Translations under genes and position numbers: made by a program
The notes under the pieces: model-generated
The model's database searches: none
What the model saw: the letters and a program-made list of their open reading frames with translations, nothing else
Told to the model about the DNA's origin: nothing
Shown here: positions 18,638-26,901 of the stretch, one piece after another
Numbering within the stretch: the stretch's first letter is position 1
Layout of the letters: each line of letters begins with the position of its first letter
Source of the DNA: an uncultured Pseudomonadales bacterium
GTDB taxonomy: Bacteria > Pseudomonadota > Gammaproteobacteria > Pseudomonadales > Azotimanducaceae
Length of the DNA: 48,349 nucleotides
Reading direction: 5' to 3'
NCBI GenBank assembly: GCA_964572185.1
Contig: CAZNFI010000002.1
Coordinates: forward strand, 1-48,349

Positions 18638-19060
18638 GTGGCCCTGACCCGACGCCGTTTCGCCACCCTTGGCGGGGCGTTGCCCGCGGCGGTCACCGCG
18701 GCCTCCCCAACGGCAACCGACATCGCAGCCTTTCTGCGGCTTTCGACGGCACTCACCGGCCACCCTGTCGCAGACCTCGACACCGGGTTCGCCAGCGACC
18801 TGCTCGAGGCACTCGCTGCATCGGGCCGGGCGGATCCTGTACGCGCACTGATGCGCGGCGAGGACATCGGCGATCGTTCCGGCATCGAAGCCGACATCGT
18901 ATCCGCCTGGTATTCCGGTCTGCTGCCGGCGGCGGCGGGGCCGATGGTCGCCACCGTTCGCAACGCGCTGGTCTGGCGAACGCTGGGCTACGCCGCCCCT
19001 GCCGGGTCCTGCGCCAGTGCCTCGGCCTGGAGCCACCCCCCGCAAGATGGGGCGCCATGA
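18638..19060 (+). CDS. Small (gamma-like) subunit of a membrane-associated flavoprotein sugar/polyol dehydrogenase, Tat signal
   Basis: ORF 18638..19060 (GTG start). Twin-arginine N-terminus MALTRRRFATLGGALPAAV. The stop overlaps the start of the GMC flavoprotein gene (ATGA). Confidence 0.6.
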   Translation: MALTRRRFATLGGALPAAVTAASPTATDIAAFLRLSTALTGHPVADLDTGFASDLLEALAASGRADPVRALMRGEDIGDRSGIEADIVSAWYSGLLPAAAGPMVATVRNALVWRTLGYAAPAGSCASASAWSHPPQDGAP

Positions 19061-20679
19061 GCGACATCCGCGCCGATGTCGTCATCGTCGGGTCCGGCAT
19101 CGCCGGCGCGTTGCTGGCGGAACGGCTCGCCCGTGCCGGCGTGCGGGTGGCGATCCTGGAAGCGGGGCCGCGGATCGACCGCGGGGCCGCCCTGCAACGC
19201 TACTTCAGCGCGCCGCTCAAGACCCCGGAGAGCCCCTATGCGGCGACACGCGAAGCCGATTTTCCGCAGACTGCGGATCCCGGACACTGGTATCGCCAGT
19301 CGGGCCCGGATTCGTTCAAGAGCACCTATCTGAAAGCGGTCGGCGGCACCACCTGGCATTGGCTCGGGACCTGCATGCGGATGCTGCCGAACGATTTCCG
19401 CCTGCACAGCGCTTATGGGCGGGGCATCGACTGGCCGCTGCACTACGACCAACTCGAGCCCTTCTACCTGCAGGCGGAACAGGAACTGGGCGTGGCCGGC
19501 GACTCCACCGAGACCCTCGGCTCGCCCCGGTCGGGCGCCCTGCCCATGCCGCCAATTGCTCAGTCTTATCTGGACAGGGTATTCCGGCGCGCACTCGCCG
19601 GAACAGGCTACGAGGTCAGCAGTTCTCCCCAGGCCCGCAACTCCATGACCCGGGACGCGCGGCCGGCCTGCTGCGGCAGTGCCAGCTGCATTCCGATCTG
19701 CCCCATTCAGGCCAAGTACGATGCGACCGTACACGTAGCCCGCGCGGAACGCCTGGGTGCGGCCTTGTATCCGTCGACCACGGCGACTTTTCTGGCCCTC
19801 GATGCCGGCAACCGCATCGAGGGCGTGCATTTCCGCCGGCCGGACCTGAGCGGCGGCATCGCGCACGCCCGCCACTACGTGATAGCCGCGCACGGCATCG
19901 AGACGCCACGGCTGCTGCTGCATTCACGATCGGATCGTGCCCCGCAAGGAGTCGCCAACCGCTCCGGCCAGGTCGGCAGAAATCTCATGGATCACCCGGT
20001 GCAACTGAGCCGGGCCATCGCCGGGGAGCCGGTCTGGCCCTATCGCGGCCCACTGTCTACCGCCGGCATCGAGAACCTGAGAGACGGGCCCATGCGCGCG
20101 GCCCGCTCCAGTTTTCGCATACAGATCGGCAACGCCGGATGGAGCTGGTCGACCGGCGCACCGTTGACGCTGGCCGGCCATCTTGCCGGGACCGGGCTGC
20201 GGGGCACCGCCCTGCGCGAGGCGGTGGCCCACCAGGCAGCAAGGCACGTGGAACTCGCGGCGCTCACCGAGCAATTGCCGGACCCGCGCAATCGGGTCTT
20301 GCTGGACGCACACGACCGGGACCACTACGGCGTACCGCTGCCGCGCATCCACTACGCCGTCGACGCCTACGCGCAGGCGGGTCTCGCCGCTGCACGCCTC
20401 GCCCACGATGCCGTGTTCGCCAGCCTCGCCTGCACCGAAGTGCACCACCACGCGCAGTTTCAGGGCGCGGGGCACATCATGGGAACCTGTCGGATGGGAA
20501 TCAGCCCGGCAACCTCGGTGGTGAACGGCGACCTGCGCTGCCACGACCACGACAACCTGCACCTGCTCGGCTCCGCGAACTTTCCGACGGTCGGCACCGC
20601 CAATCCGACACTGACGATCGCGGCTTTGAGCCTGCGGCTGGCGGAACGGCTGCAAGCGGCGTTGTCGGAGCCCGGCTAA
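19057..20679 (+). CDS. GMC-family FAD-dependent oxidoreductase (gluconate 2-dehydrogenase / sorbitol dehydrogenase large-subunit type)
   Basis: ORF 19057..20679. ADVVIVGSGIAGALLAERLA (FAD GxGxxG), GGTTWHW, C-terminal NLHLLGSANFPTVGTANPTLTIAAL. Confidence 0.8.
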   Translation: MSDIRADVVIVGSGIAGALLAERLARAGVRVAILEAGPRIDRGAALQRYFSAPLKTPESPYAATREADFPQTADPGHWYRQSGPDSFKSTYLKAVGGTTWHWLGTCMRMLPNDFRLHSAYGRGIDWPLHYDQLEPFYLQAEQELGVAGDSTETLGSPRSGALPMPPIAQSYLDRVFRRALAGTGYEVSSSPQARNSMTRDARPACCGSASCIPICPIQAKYDATVHVARAERLGAALYPSTTATFLALDAGNRIEGVHFRRPDLSGGIAHARHYVIAAHGIETPRLLLHSRSDRAPQGVANRSGQVGRNLMDHPVQLSRAIAGEPVWPYRGPLSTAGIENLRDGPMRAARSSFRIQIGNAGWSWSTGAPLTLAGHLAGTGLRGTALREAVAHQAARHVELAALTEQLPDPRNRVLLDAHDRDHYGVPLPRIHYAVDAYAQAGLAAARLAHDAVFASLACTEVHHHAQFQGAGHIMGTCRMGISPATSVVNGDLRCHDHDNLHLLGSANFPTVGTANPTLTIAALSLRLAERLQAALSEPG

Positions 20680-20941
20680 CGGCGCGATTGTGCAGTCCGC
20701 ATAGCGCAACTCGGGCCGCGATGAGGCGTTCCCCGACCGGAGCCTCCGCCGGATTCTGCCTCGCCTGCGAAGAACCAGCCACGCACGCGCCCGGCTGCAG
20801 GCTCCTGTCCGTGCTGGCGACCCCGGCACAGCCCCGCCCTGGGTGCAGGAGTGCAAACCCGATTAACCCGGCCAGCCGGTCCGCGAACCAGCAGCGGATG
20901 CGCGTTGCCCCGCGGCAACCCGATCAGATGACGCCGGCAGC

Positions 20942-21940
20942 TCAATCCAGGCGGTAGGCTGCGGCCGCCGAGTCGTGAAACAGCCAGCTCTTCTCGGCCT
21001 CGGAGGCATCGATCACCATCTTCTTGAAGGCGTTCCACAGCACCGGATAGGAACAGCTCGCCTTGTCCACCGGAAAGTTGCTCTCGAACATGCAGCGCTC
21101 GACACCGAAACAGTCGATGGCATGCCGGTGATAGCGGCCGCTGGCGGCGACCAGTTCATCGGAATTGGCGGGAACGTCGCGTTTGTGGAAGCCGAATCCG
21201 TTGATCGGCATGACCACACCGCCAAGCTTGGCATAAACGTTTTCACAGCGCGCCAGCTCCGCCACATGCTCGCGCCAGCGCAGGAAAATCTGTTCTCGCC
21301 TGCCTTCGTACGGGCCGATGCCCAGGGGGCCGCCGAAGTGGTCAAAGATGATCGTGGTATCGGGAAAGGCCCGGGCCAGGTCGGTCAATTCCGGAATCTG
21401 GGCATGGTACAACCAGGCATCGAACGACAGGCCGCGCTTGCCCAATTCGGCAAACCCTTCCCGGAAACGCGCATCGAGCAGCAGGTGTTCCGTCGGATCG
21501 GTGTGGGAATTGCGGATTTCCTCACTGGCGTCCCAGCCGGCGGCGTGGCGAATGCCGCGAAACCGGGGACTGGCCGCCACGTGCGCATCGAGTACCTCTG
21601 CCACGGCAGCGCCGAGCGTCAGGTCGGCATAGCTGACGATGCCGGCACAGGCGCGCAGGGCGCCGTAGCCGCCGCTGGCCGACATGGCGGCCACGCCGTT
21701 GACGAACTCGGTTTCCCCCACCGGCCGCAGCGCCTGTGCCCCGTCTGCCCGGTACATGGCGCCGCACTCGACGAACACCGTGCTGACGATGTTGTGGCCG
21801 GTGTCCGTGTCGGCCAGCAGTTCATCGAGCAGGTAGCGGCTGAGCTGATTGTCCCAGAGGTGATGGTGCGGGTCGCAGATGGGCCGCTGTGGTTCGATGA
21901 TGGGTTCCTGTACCTGGGCCAGCCACTGCGCTTGTTCCAT
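20942..21940 (-). CDS. Amidohydrolase-2 family metal-dependent hydrolase (TIM barrel)
   Basis: ORF 20942..21979. ATG 21940 is preceded by GGAAGGA. ICDPHHHLWD (HxH metal motif), ...IIFDHFGGP..., ...FESNFPVDK. Confidence 0.75.
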   Translation of the reverse strand: MEQAQWLAQVQEPIIEPQRPICDPHHHLWDNQLSRYLLDELLADTDTGHNIVSTVFVECGAMYRADGAQALRPVGETEFVNGVAAMSASGGYGALRACAGIVSYADLTLGAAVAEVLDAHVAASPRFRGIRHAAGWDASEEIRNSHTDPTEHLLLDARFREGFAELGKRGLSFDAWLYHAQIPELTDLARAFPDTTIIFDHFGGPLGIGPYEGRREQIFLRWREHVAELARCENVYAKLGGVVMPINGFGFHKRDVPANSDELVAASGRYHRHAIDCFGVERCMFESNFPVDKASCSYPVLWNAFKKMVIDASEAEKSWLFHDSAAAAYRLD

Positions 21941-21987
21941 GATTCCTTCCAGAAGACTGCGGAACCCTAGTGTAACCAAAGCCCAGG

Positions 21988-22086
21988 GCGCCTCGCCCCA
22001 GTCGAGGCGATCAAGTTGCTGCGCAGCCTGGAGAGGCCGTGCCCAAACGCAACTCGTCTGTCCCTGTCAGGGCGCTCGGGAACCAG
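21988..22086. repeat. ~100-nt intergenic element, copy A (family shared with 46922-47128 and 48209-48301)
   Basis: Hairpin CGCCTCG-ccccagt-CGAGGCG (21989-22009), followed by ATCAAGTTGCTGCGCAGCCTGG...AAACGCAACTCGTCT...GTCAGGGCGCTCGGGAACCAG. Same block order and same 46-nt spacing from ATCAAG to GCAACTC as the other copies. Confidence 0.7.
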
Positions 22087-22189
22087 CGCGGGTGGACCCC
22101 TGTCGACGATTGGCACTGCGGCCCAGCCGGTTCCCAAACTCTAAAGCATCTGCCAACATTCGCGCCGATCACGACACCGGGGGGCAATC

Positions 22190-23743
22190 ATGTATCCAGG
22201 CAAGTGGGGCATCGAGTGCCCCGACAAGCCGGCGGCGATCAACGCCGGCAGCGGAGAGACCGTCACCTACGGCGCACTGAACGAACGCTCGAACCGCCTC
22301 GCCCAGTTGCTGTGGGCGCGTGGCCTGCGCCCGGGCGACCACATCGCCGTTTTCATGGAAAACAATCTCCGCTATTTCGATGTGATCTGGGCTGCATTGC
22401 GCTCCGGGCTCTACTGCACCACCGTCAACCGTTACCTGACCGCCGAGGAAGCGGGCTATATCGTCGACAACTGCGAAGCCAAGGCGCTGGTCGCCTCCAG
22501 TCACCTCGCCGAGGTGGCGGCGCAGGTGCCTGGTTTCGCGCCCCGCTGCCATACCTGGCTGATGACCGGTGGCACCGTGGACGGTTACCAATCCTACGAA
22601 GCCGCGGTCGCCGACCATTCCCCGGAAAACCTCGCCGACGAACCGGCCGGCGCCTTCATGCTGTACAGCTCCGGCACCACGGGGCGGCCCAAGGGAATCA
22701 TGCGGCCGCTCAGCGGCCAGAAGATCCACGAGGACCCAGGGCCCATCGTAGGCGTCGTCAAGATGCTGTGGAACATCGATGAAAGCACCGTCTATCTTTC
22801 CCCGGCACCGCTGTACCACTCGGCGCCCCTGTCCTTCTGCATGTCGGTGCAGACACACGGCGGCACGGTGGTCATGCTGCCGCGCTTCGATGCGCTGAAC
22901 GCACTCAGGGCCATTGACGAGTACCGGGTGACACACAGCCAGTGGGTGCCGACCATGTTCAGCCGCATGCTGAAGCTGCCCGATGCGGACCGGCTGGCAT
23001 TCGACCTGTCGACGCACCAGGTGGCGATCCACGCCGCGGCGCCCTGCCCGGAAGCGGTAAAGCGGCAGATGTTCGACTGGTGGGGCCCCATCCTGTACGA
23101 GTACTACGCCGGCACCGAGTTCAACGGCTTCACCCACACAACGCCCCAGGAATGGCTCGACCACCCCGGCACCGTGGGCAAGCCCCTGGTGGGGGTCATC
23201 CACATCTGTGACGAGAGCGGCGCGGAACTGCCCGTCGGCGAACCCGGAATCGTCTACTTCGAGATGCCGCAGAGGACCTTCGAATACTACAAGGACGCGG
23301 CCAAGACCCGCTCGGCCGAGCACCCGCAGCATTCGAACTGGACGGCGCTGGGCGATGTGGGGTACGTGGACGGCGACGGCTACCTGTACCTCACCGACCG
23401 CGCCACGTTCATGATCATCAGCGGCGGGGTGAACATCTACCCCCAGGAAATCGAGGACGCCATGATCATGCACGAGCAGGTGCTCGACGTGGCGGTGATC
23501 GGCGTGCCGGACGAGGAGATGGGCGAAGCGGTGAAGGCGGTGGTGCAACTGGCCGACGGGGTTTCCGGGTCGGACGCACTGGCCGCCGAACTGTTGGCCT
23601 ATGCGCGGGACCACATCGCCCACTTCAAGTGCCCGAAAAGCATCGACTTCATCGACGAGTTGCCGCGGCTGCCGACCGGCAAGCTGTACAAGCGGCTGCT
23701 GAAGGACCGCTACTGGGGCAAGACGGGTTCGAGAATCGTCTGA
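22190..23743 (+). CDS. Acyl-CoA synthetase (AMP-forming, ANL superfamily)
   Basis: ORF 22190..23743. MLYSSGTTGRPKG (AMP-binding motif), YAGTE, GDVGYVDGDGYLYLTDR, PTGKLYKR. Confidence 0.85.
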   Translation: MYPGKWGIECPDKPAAINAGSGETVTYGALNERSNRLAQLLWARGLRPGDHIAVFMENNLRYFDVIWAALRSGLYCTTVNRYLTAEEAGYIVDNCEAKALVASSHLAEVAAQVPGFAPRCHTWLMTGGTVDGYQSYEAAVADHSPENLADEPAGAFMLYSSGTTGRPKGIMRPLSGQKIHEDPGPIVGVVKMLWNIDESTVYLSPAPLYHSAPLSFCMSVQTHGGTVVMLPRFDALNALRAIDEYRVTHSQWVPTMFSRMLKLPDADRLAFDLSTHQVAIHAAAPCPEAVKRQMFDWWGPILYEYYAGTEFNGFTHTTPQEWLDHPGTVGKPLVGVIHICDESGAELPVGEPGIVYFEMPQRTFEYYKDAAKTRSAEHPQHSNWTALGDVGYVDGDGYLYLTDRATFMIISGGVNIYPQEIEDAMIMHEQVLDVAVIGVPDEEMGEAVKAVVQLADGVSGSDALAAELLAYARDHIAHFKCPKSIDFIDELPRLPTGKLYKRLLKDRYWGKTGSRIV

Positions 23744-24004
23744 ACGCATCAGTTCCGTAGCGCGCGTCGTGCCGCAGGGCGCAAAGCGGCGCCCGATGCC
23801 ACGGAACTTTTAACCCATCGCGATGCCGAATTCCGTGATCGTCGCCTGACGCATTAGCCTGGGGAGAGGTGCGCGAGGCCGGTGTACAGAGAGCCGTCGC
23901 GACGCCAGGATGAAACCAGCCAACTCGGGTCGCCGACGGCCCGGCCCGAACGCGGCAATATCCATCATGCGGAGAGGTTCCCGGGAAACCGGTCGCTGGA
24001 GGTT

Positions 24005-25936
24005 ATGGACGCAAGCGCCGCCACAGGGATGCAAACAGGAGCCCCCAACCCTGGCGCAACGAGCGCCGGCGCAAGCCTCGAACGGGCAACGTCCAGGCCG
24101 CGCGCCGGGCGTTGGACCGAACCCCTGCGCCTCAGCGGTACCGCCGGGCAGGCGGGCGGTGGGTCGACAAGCCCGACCACCAATCGGGCCGTACGCATCC
24201 GGCCCGATGCCGGGCAGGTTCCGCATCTGGACACCCAGCGCCGGCAGCGCCTGGAAGCGATATCGGCGCAGCGCCCGGAGATCCTGGTTACAGTGGACGA
24301 CCAACTGTCGAAAGCACGACTCCTGGTAAACGAGTTCGAACGCTGGCAGAGGGCAGTGCGATCGATACTGGTCCGTTCTCAACGGCAAGCGCTGGACGAC
24401 GAGGATCATCGTGCGCTGTACCGATCGCACCAGAATGTCCACGGCCAGTTCGAGAATTTTCAGTTCGAGTTGGCCTCTGCACTGGTCGAACTGGCGCAAA
24501 CCCGGGCCTTTGTTCCCACGGATGCGAACCGGGTTTTCGGATTGCAGCGTCGATTCGACGACGTTCGCGACTTTTCGCTCCGATTCGCCGCGCCCTGGAG
24601 GCGTGTGGCCAGGCAGGTGCATACGGTGCTTCCGGTCGGGTCAGGCCAGCAGGCTACCGTAGAACTCTTCGCCACCCCCGGGGAAGCGCTCAAGACACTC
24701 GTTCCGGGCATATACCCGGCTGATTCGCGCACGGCCGATTTTTCAGTAGCCCGCTATTACAGACCGCCCGCCTTCGAGCTGTCAGGTATCAGCAACGCCG
24801 GCGGCCAGGTGCTCTACGCTGCAGTGCGCCACGGTTTCTTCCTTGCCCACGAAATCACCGGTGACCTGCTGGCAAGCCAGGCCGACGATGATGCCTTGAA
24901 ATCGGTGCTGCATTTCCACCGGGTCCGGGAACTTCAGGCTTCGCTGCTAGTGCCGCAACGCAAGGACGCGCTGATCTCGCAAACCGCCAAGGCCGCCGAG
25001 GACGACTTCTTCACAGTGCGCACATCGCCTCGCGAAGCGTTGCAGGCTCTCGGGCTCTCGGTCAAATCCACGGCATTGAGGTCCGCATTCGCGGACACCC
25101 TCACGCTCGCTCTGATTTCCAATTCGCAAAAGCACCGTGCACTGTCCTTCGGAAACGACGTGCGGCTGGGCATCATGTCGATTGCATTGCTGGCACCGGA
25201 GGATGTGCCGGCGTGGCGTGCACAGTACGACCAATTTCGTCGCGAACACCCATTGTTTTGCCGCAAATCGCACGGAGACGCCGGCAGGACGAGTTCCGCC
25301 CACCTCGCATTCGACTTTCGGCACTTTGCCCTGATCGTGGCCGGAAAACAGACCGATCGTGACGAATGCGCCGCAGTGGTGCAACGTGAGGCGGAACGCC
25401 TGCTCGGGCCTTTTCGCTCCGGCCCTTTGGGCGGAGACATCGGCAAGCAAATCGATTCGATGAGCGAGGCTGCGCAAGGCGGGCGTAAGCAAATCGCGGA
25501 ACTGGACCGCTATGCCAACGAACCACAGTTCTATGTGCCCCACTGGCACCTGGTGCATGCGTCCAGGGTCGCGCGGGCCAAGGCGAGGCTGCTTTGCGCG
25601 ATCGAGCGCATCGAGAAAGACAGGCGGACGCTGGTTCAGGCTGGCGAACAATTGCGGGCCATGTGGCAACAGCACCGCGGTTGGCCCACCGGTCCGCAAG
25701 CGCTGCGGGAAGTCGCGCCACGGCTTGCGCTGGTCGGCTTCCACATGGGCGACCCCCCCCTGTTGAGCTGCGCCGACGGCCGCGACTACACCCGGCAACT
25801 GGATACGGAAGCCAAGCTGCTCGCCACCTTTGCCGACAACAGCGGCGGCGGTCTCCCGTCGACGCCCCTGAACACGCCGGAGTGGAACGGCGTTCGCGAC
25901 CGCTTCAATCCCCCCTCGAACAGCAGCGCGGTCTGA
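24005..25936 (+). CDS. Hypothetical protein, no recognisable domain (644 aa from ATG 24005; ORF open from 23882)
   Basis: Single uninterrupted 2-kb ORF with GC-rich third positions, which supports this strand and frame. About 70 N-terminal residues are low-complexity G/S/T/P/A; the rest is mostly helical-looking. GGAGG sits 2 nt before ATG 24005, which is tight spacing, so the start is uncertain. Confidence 0.6.
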   Translation: MDASAATGMQTGAPNPGATSAGASLERATSRPRAGRWTEPLRLSGTAGQAGGGSTSPTTNRAVRIRPDAGQVPHLDTQRRQRLEAISAQRPEILVTVDDQLSKARLLVNEFERWQRAVRSILVRSQRQALDDEDHRALYRSHQNVHGQFENFQFELASALVELAQTRAFVPTDANRVFGLQRRFDDVRDFSLRFAAPWRRVARQVHTVLPVGSGQQATVELFATPGEALKTLVPGIYPADSRTADFSVARYYRPPAFELSGISNAGGQVLYAAVRHGFFLAHEITGDLLASQADDDALKSVLHFHRVRELQASLLVPQRKDALISQTAKAAEDDFFTVRTSPREALQALGLSVKSTALRSAFADTLTLALISNSQKHRALSFGNDVRLGIMSIALLAPEDVPAWRAQYDQFRREHPLFCRKSHGDAGRTSSAHLAFDFRHFALIVAGKQTDRDECAAVVQREAERLLGPFRSGPLGGDIGKQIDSMSEAAQGGRKQIAELDRYANEPQFYVPHWHLVHASRVARAKARLLCAIERIEKDRRTLVQAGEQLRAMWQQHRGWPTGPQALREVAPRLALVGFHMGDPPLLSCADGRDYTRQLDTEAKLLATFADNSGGGLPSTPLNTPEWNGVRDRFNPPSNSSAV

Positions 25937-25947
25937 CAGGGCAGCGG

Positions 25948-26787
25948 TCAGCGATCATGGGCACCGGTCTCCGCGTTCAGTTCGCCGACCCGCAATTCGC
26001 CCTGCCTGGTTTGCCCTCCAAGCTCCAGAAAGCGCCGCATGGCCGTTTGCGCGGAATCGTTGCGCAGCAGGCGCTGAAACAGGTACGCCTCCTCGCGCAG
26101 TCCCTCGGGCAGGGGCAGCTCCGAGGCATTGACCGCCTCCTTTGCCAGCCGTACCGCTTCGATCGGGTAGGAGGCGATGCGCCGCGTCAGGTTGTCGATG
26201 AACGGCTCGATCTCATCCGCTTCGAAAACCCGGTTGAGATAACCCCAGCGCTCCGCCGTTACCGCATCGAGGTCATCGCCGCCGACGATGATCTCCATGG
26301 CGCGGCCGCGCCCCACCAGCCTGGGTAGCCGCTGGGTGCCGGTGCCGCCCGGCAGAATGCCGATCGGAACCTCCATCTGGTTTACGACGGTCCTGCCGCG
26401 CACCCCGTAGCGCATGTCGAAACTGGCGGCCAGTTCGCTGCCGCCGCCGCCGACGCGACCGCCGATCTGCGCGATGGTCACCTTGTCCATGGTGCGGAAC
26501 CGTTCGCACATGACGTGAAACGGGTTGAGTTGCTCTTCCCGCCTGGGTTCTTCGTCGGTGGGAAACGCCAGGATGAGTTCCACATCGAAGTGGGCGATGA
26601 AGAACTCGCGGTTCGCGCTTTTCAGCACGACCACCGCGAGGTCGGCATCAGCCTCGAGCTGGCCGGACAGTTTCAACAGCTCGACATACAGGTCCCGGGT
26701 CATGATGTTGATCGGCGGGTTGTCGATCGTCACCCGGGCCACGCGCCCGTCGACCTCGACATTCAGCAACTCGTATTCGTAAGCCAT
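25948..26787 (-). CDS. Enoyl-CoA hydratase/isomerase (crotonase) family protein
   Basis: ORF 25948..26787. GAGGAGG RBS. VARVTIDNPPINIM..., IGGRVGGGGSELAASFDMRY, GILPGGTGTQRLPRLVGRGRAME. Confidence 0.8.
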   Translation of the reverse strand: MAYEYELLNVEVDGRVARVTIDNPPINIMTRDLYVELLKLSGQLEADADLAVVVLKSANREFFIAHFDVELILAFPTDEEPRREEQLNPFHVMCERFRTMDKVTIAQIGGRVGGGGSELAASFDMRYGVRGRTVVNQMEVPIGILPGGTGTQRLPRLVGRGRAMEIIVGGDDLDAVTAERWGYLNRVFEADEIEPFIDNLTRRIASYPIEAVRLAKEAVNASELPLPEGLREEAYLFQRLLRNDSAQTAMRRFLELGGQTRQGELRVGELNAETGAHDR

Positions 26788-26901
26788 GGTGCCTCCTCGT
26801 GATTGACTGCCCGCGCCTGCCGGCCGGCATGCGGCAGGCGACGCGGCAAAAGCGGCATGGTAAGCCGGTCGCGGGGGCGAATGACAGCGGCGGCGGCCGC
26901 C

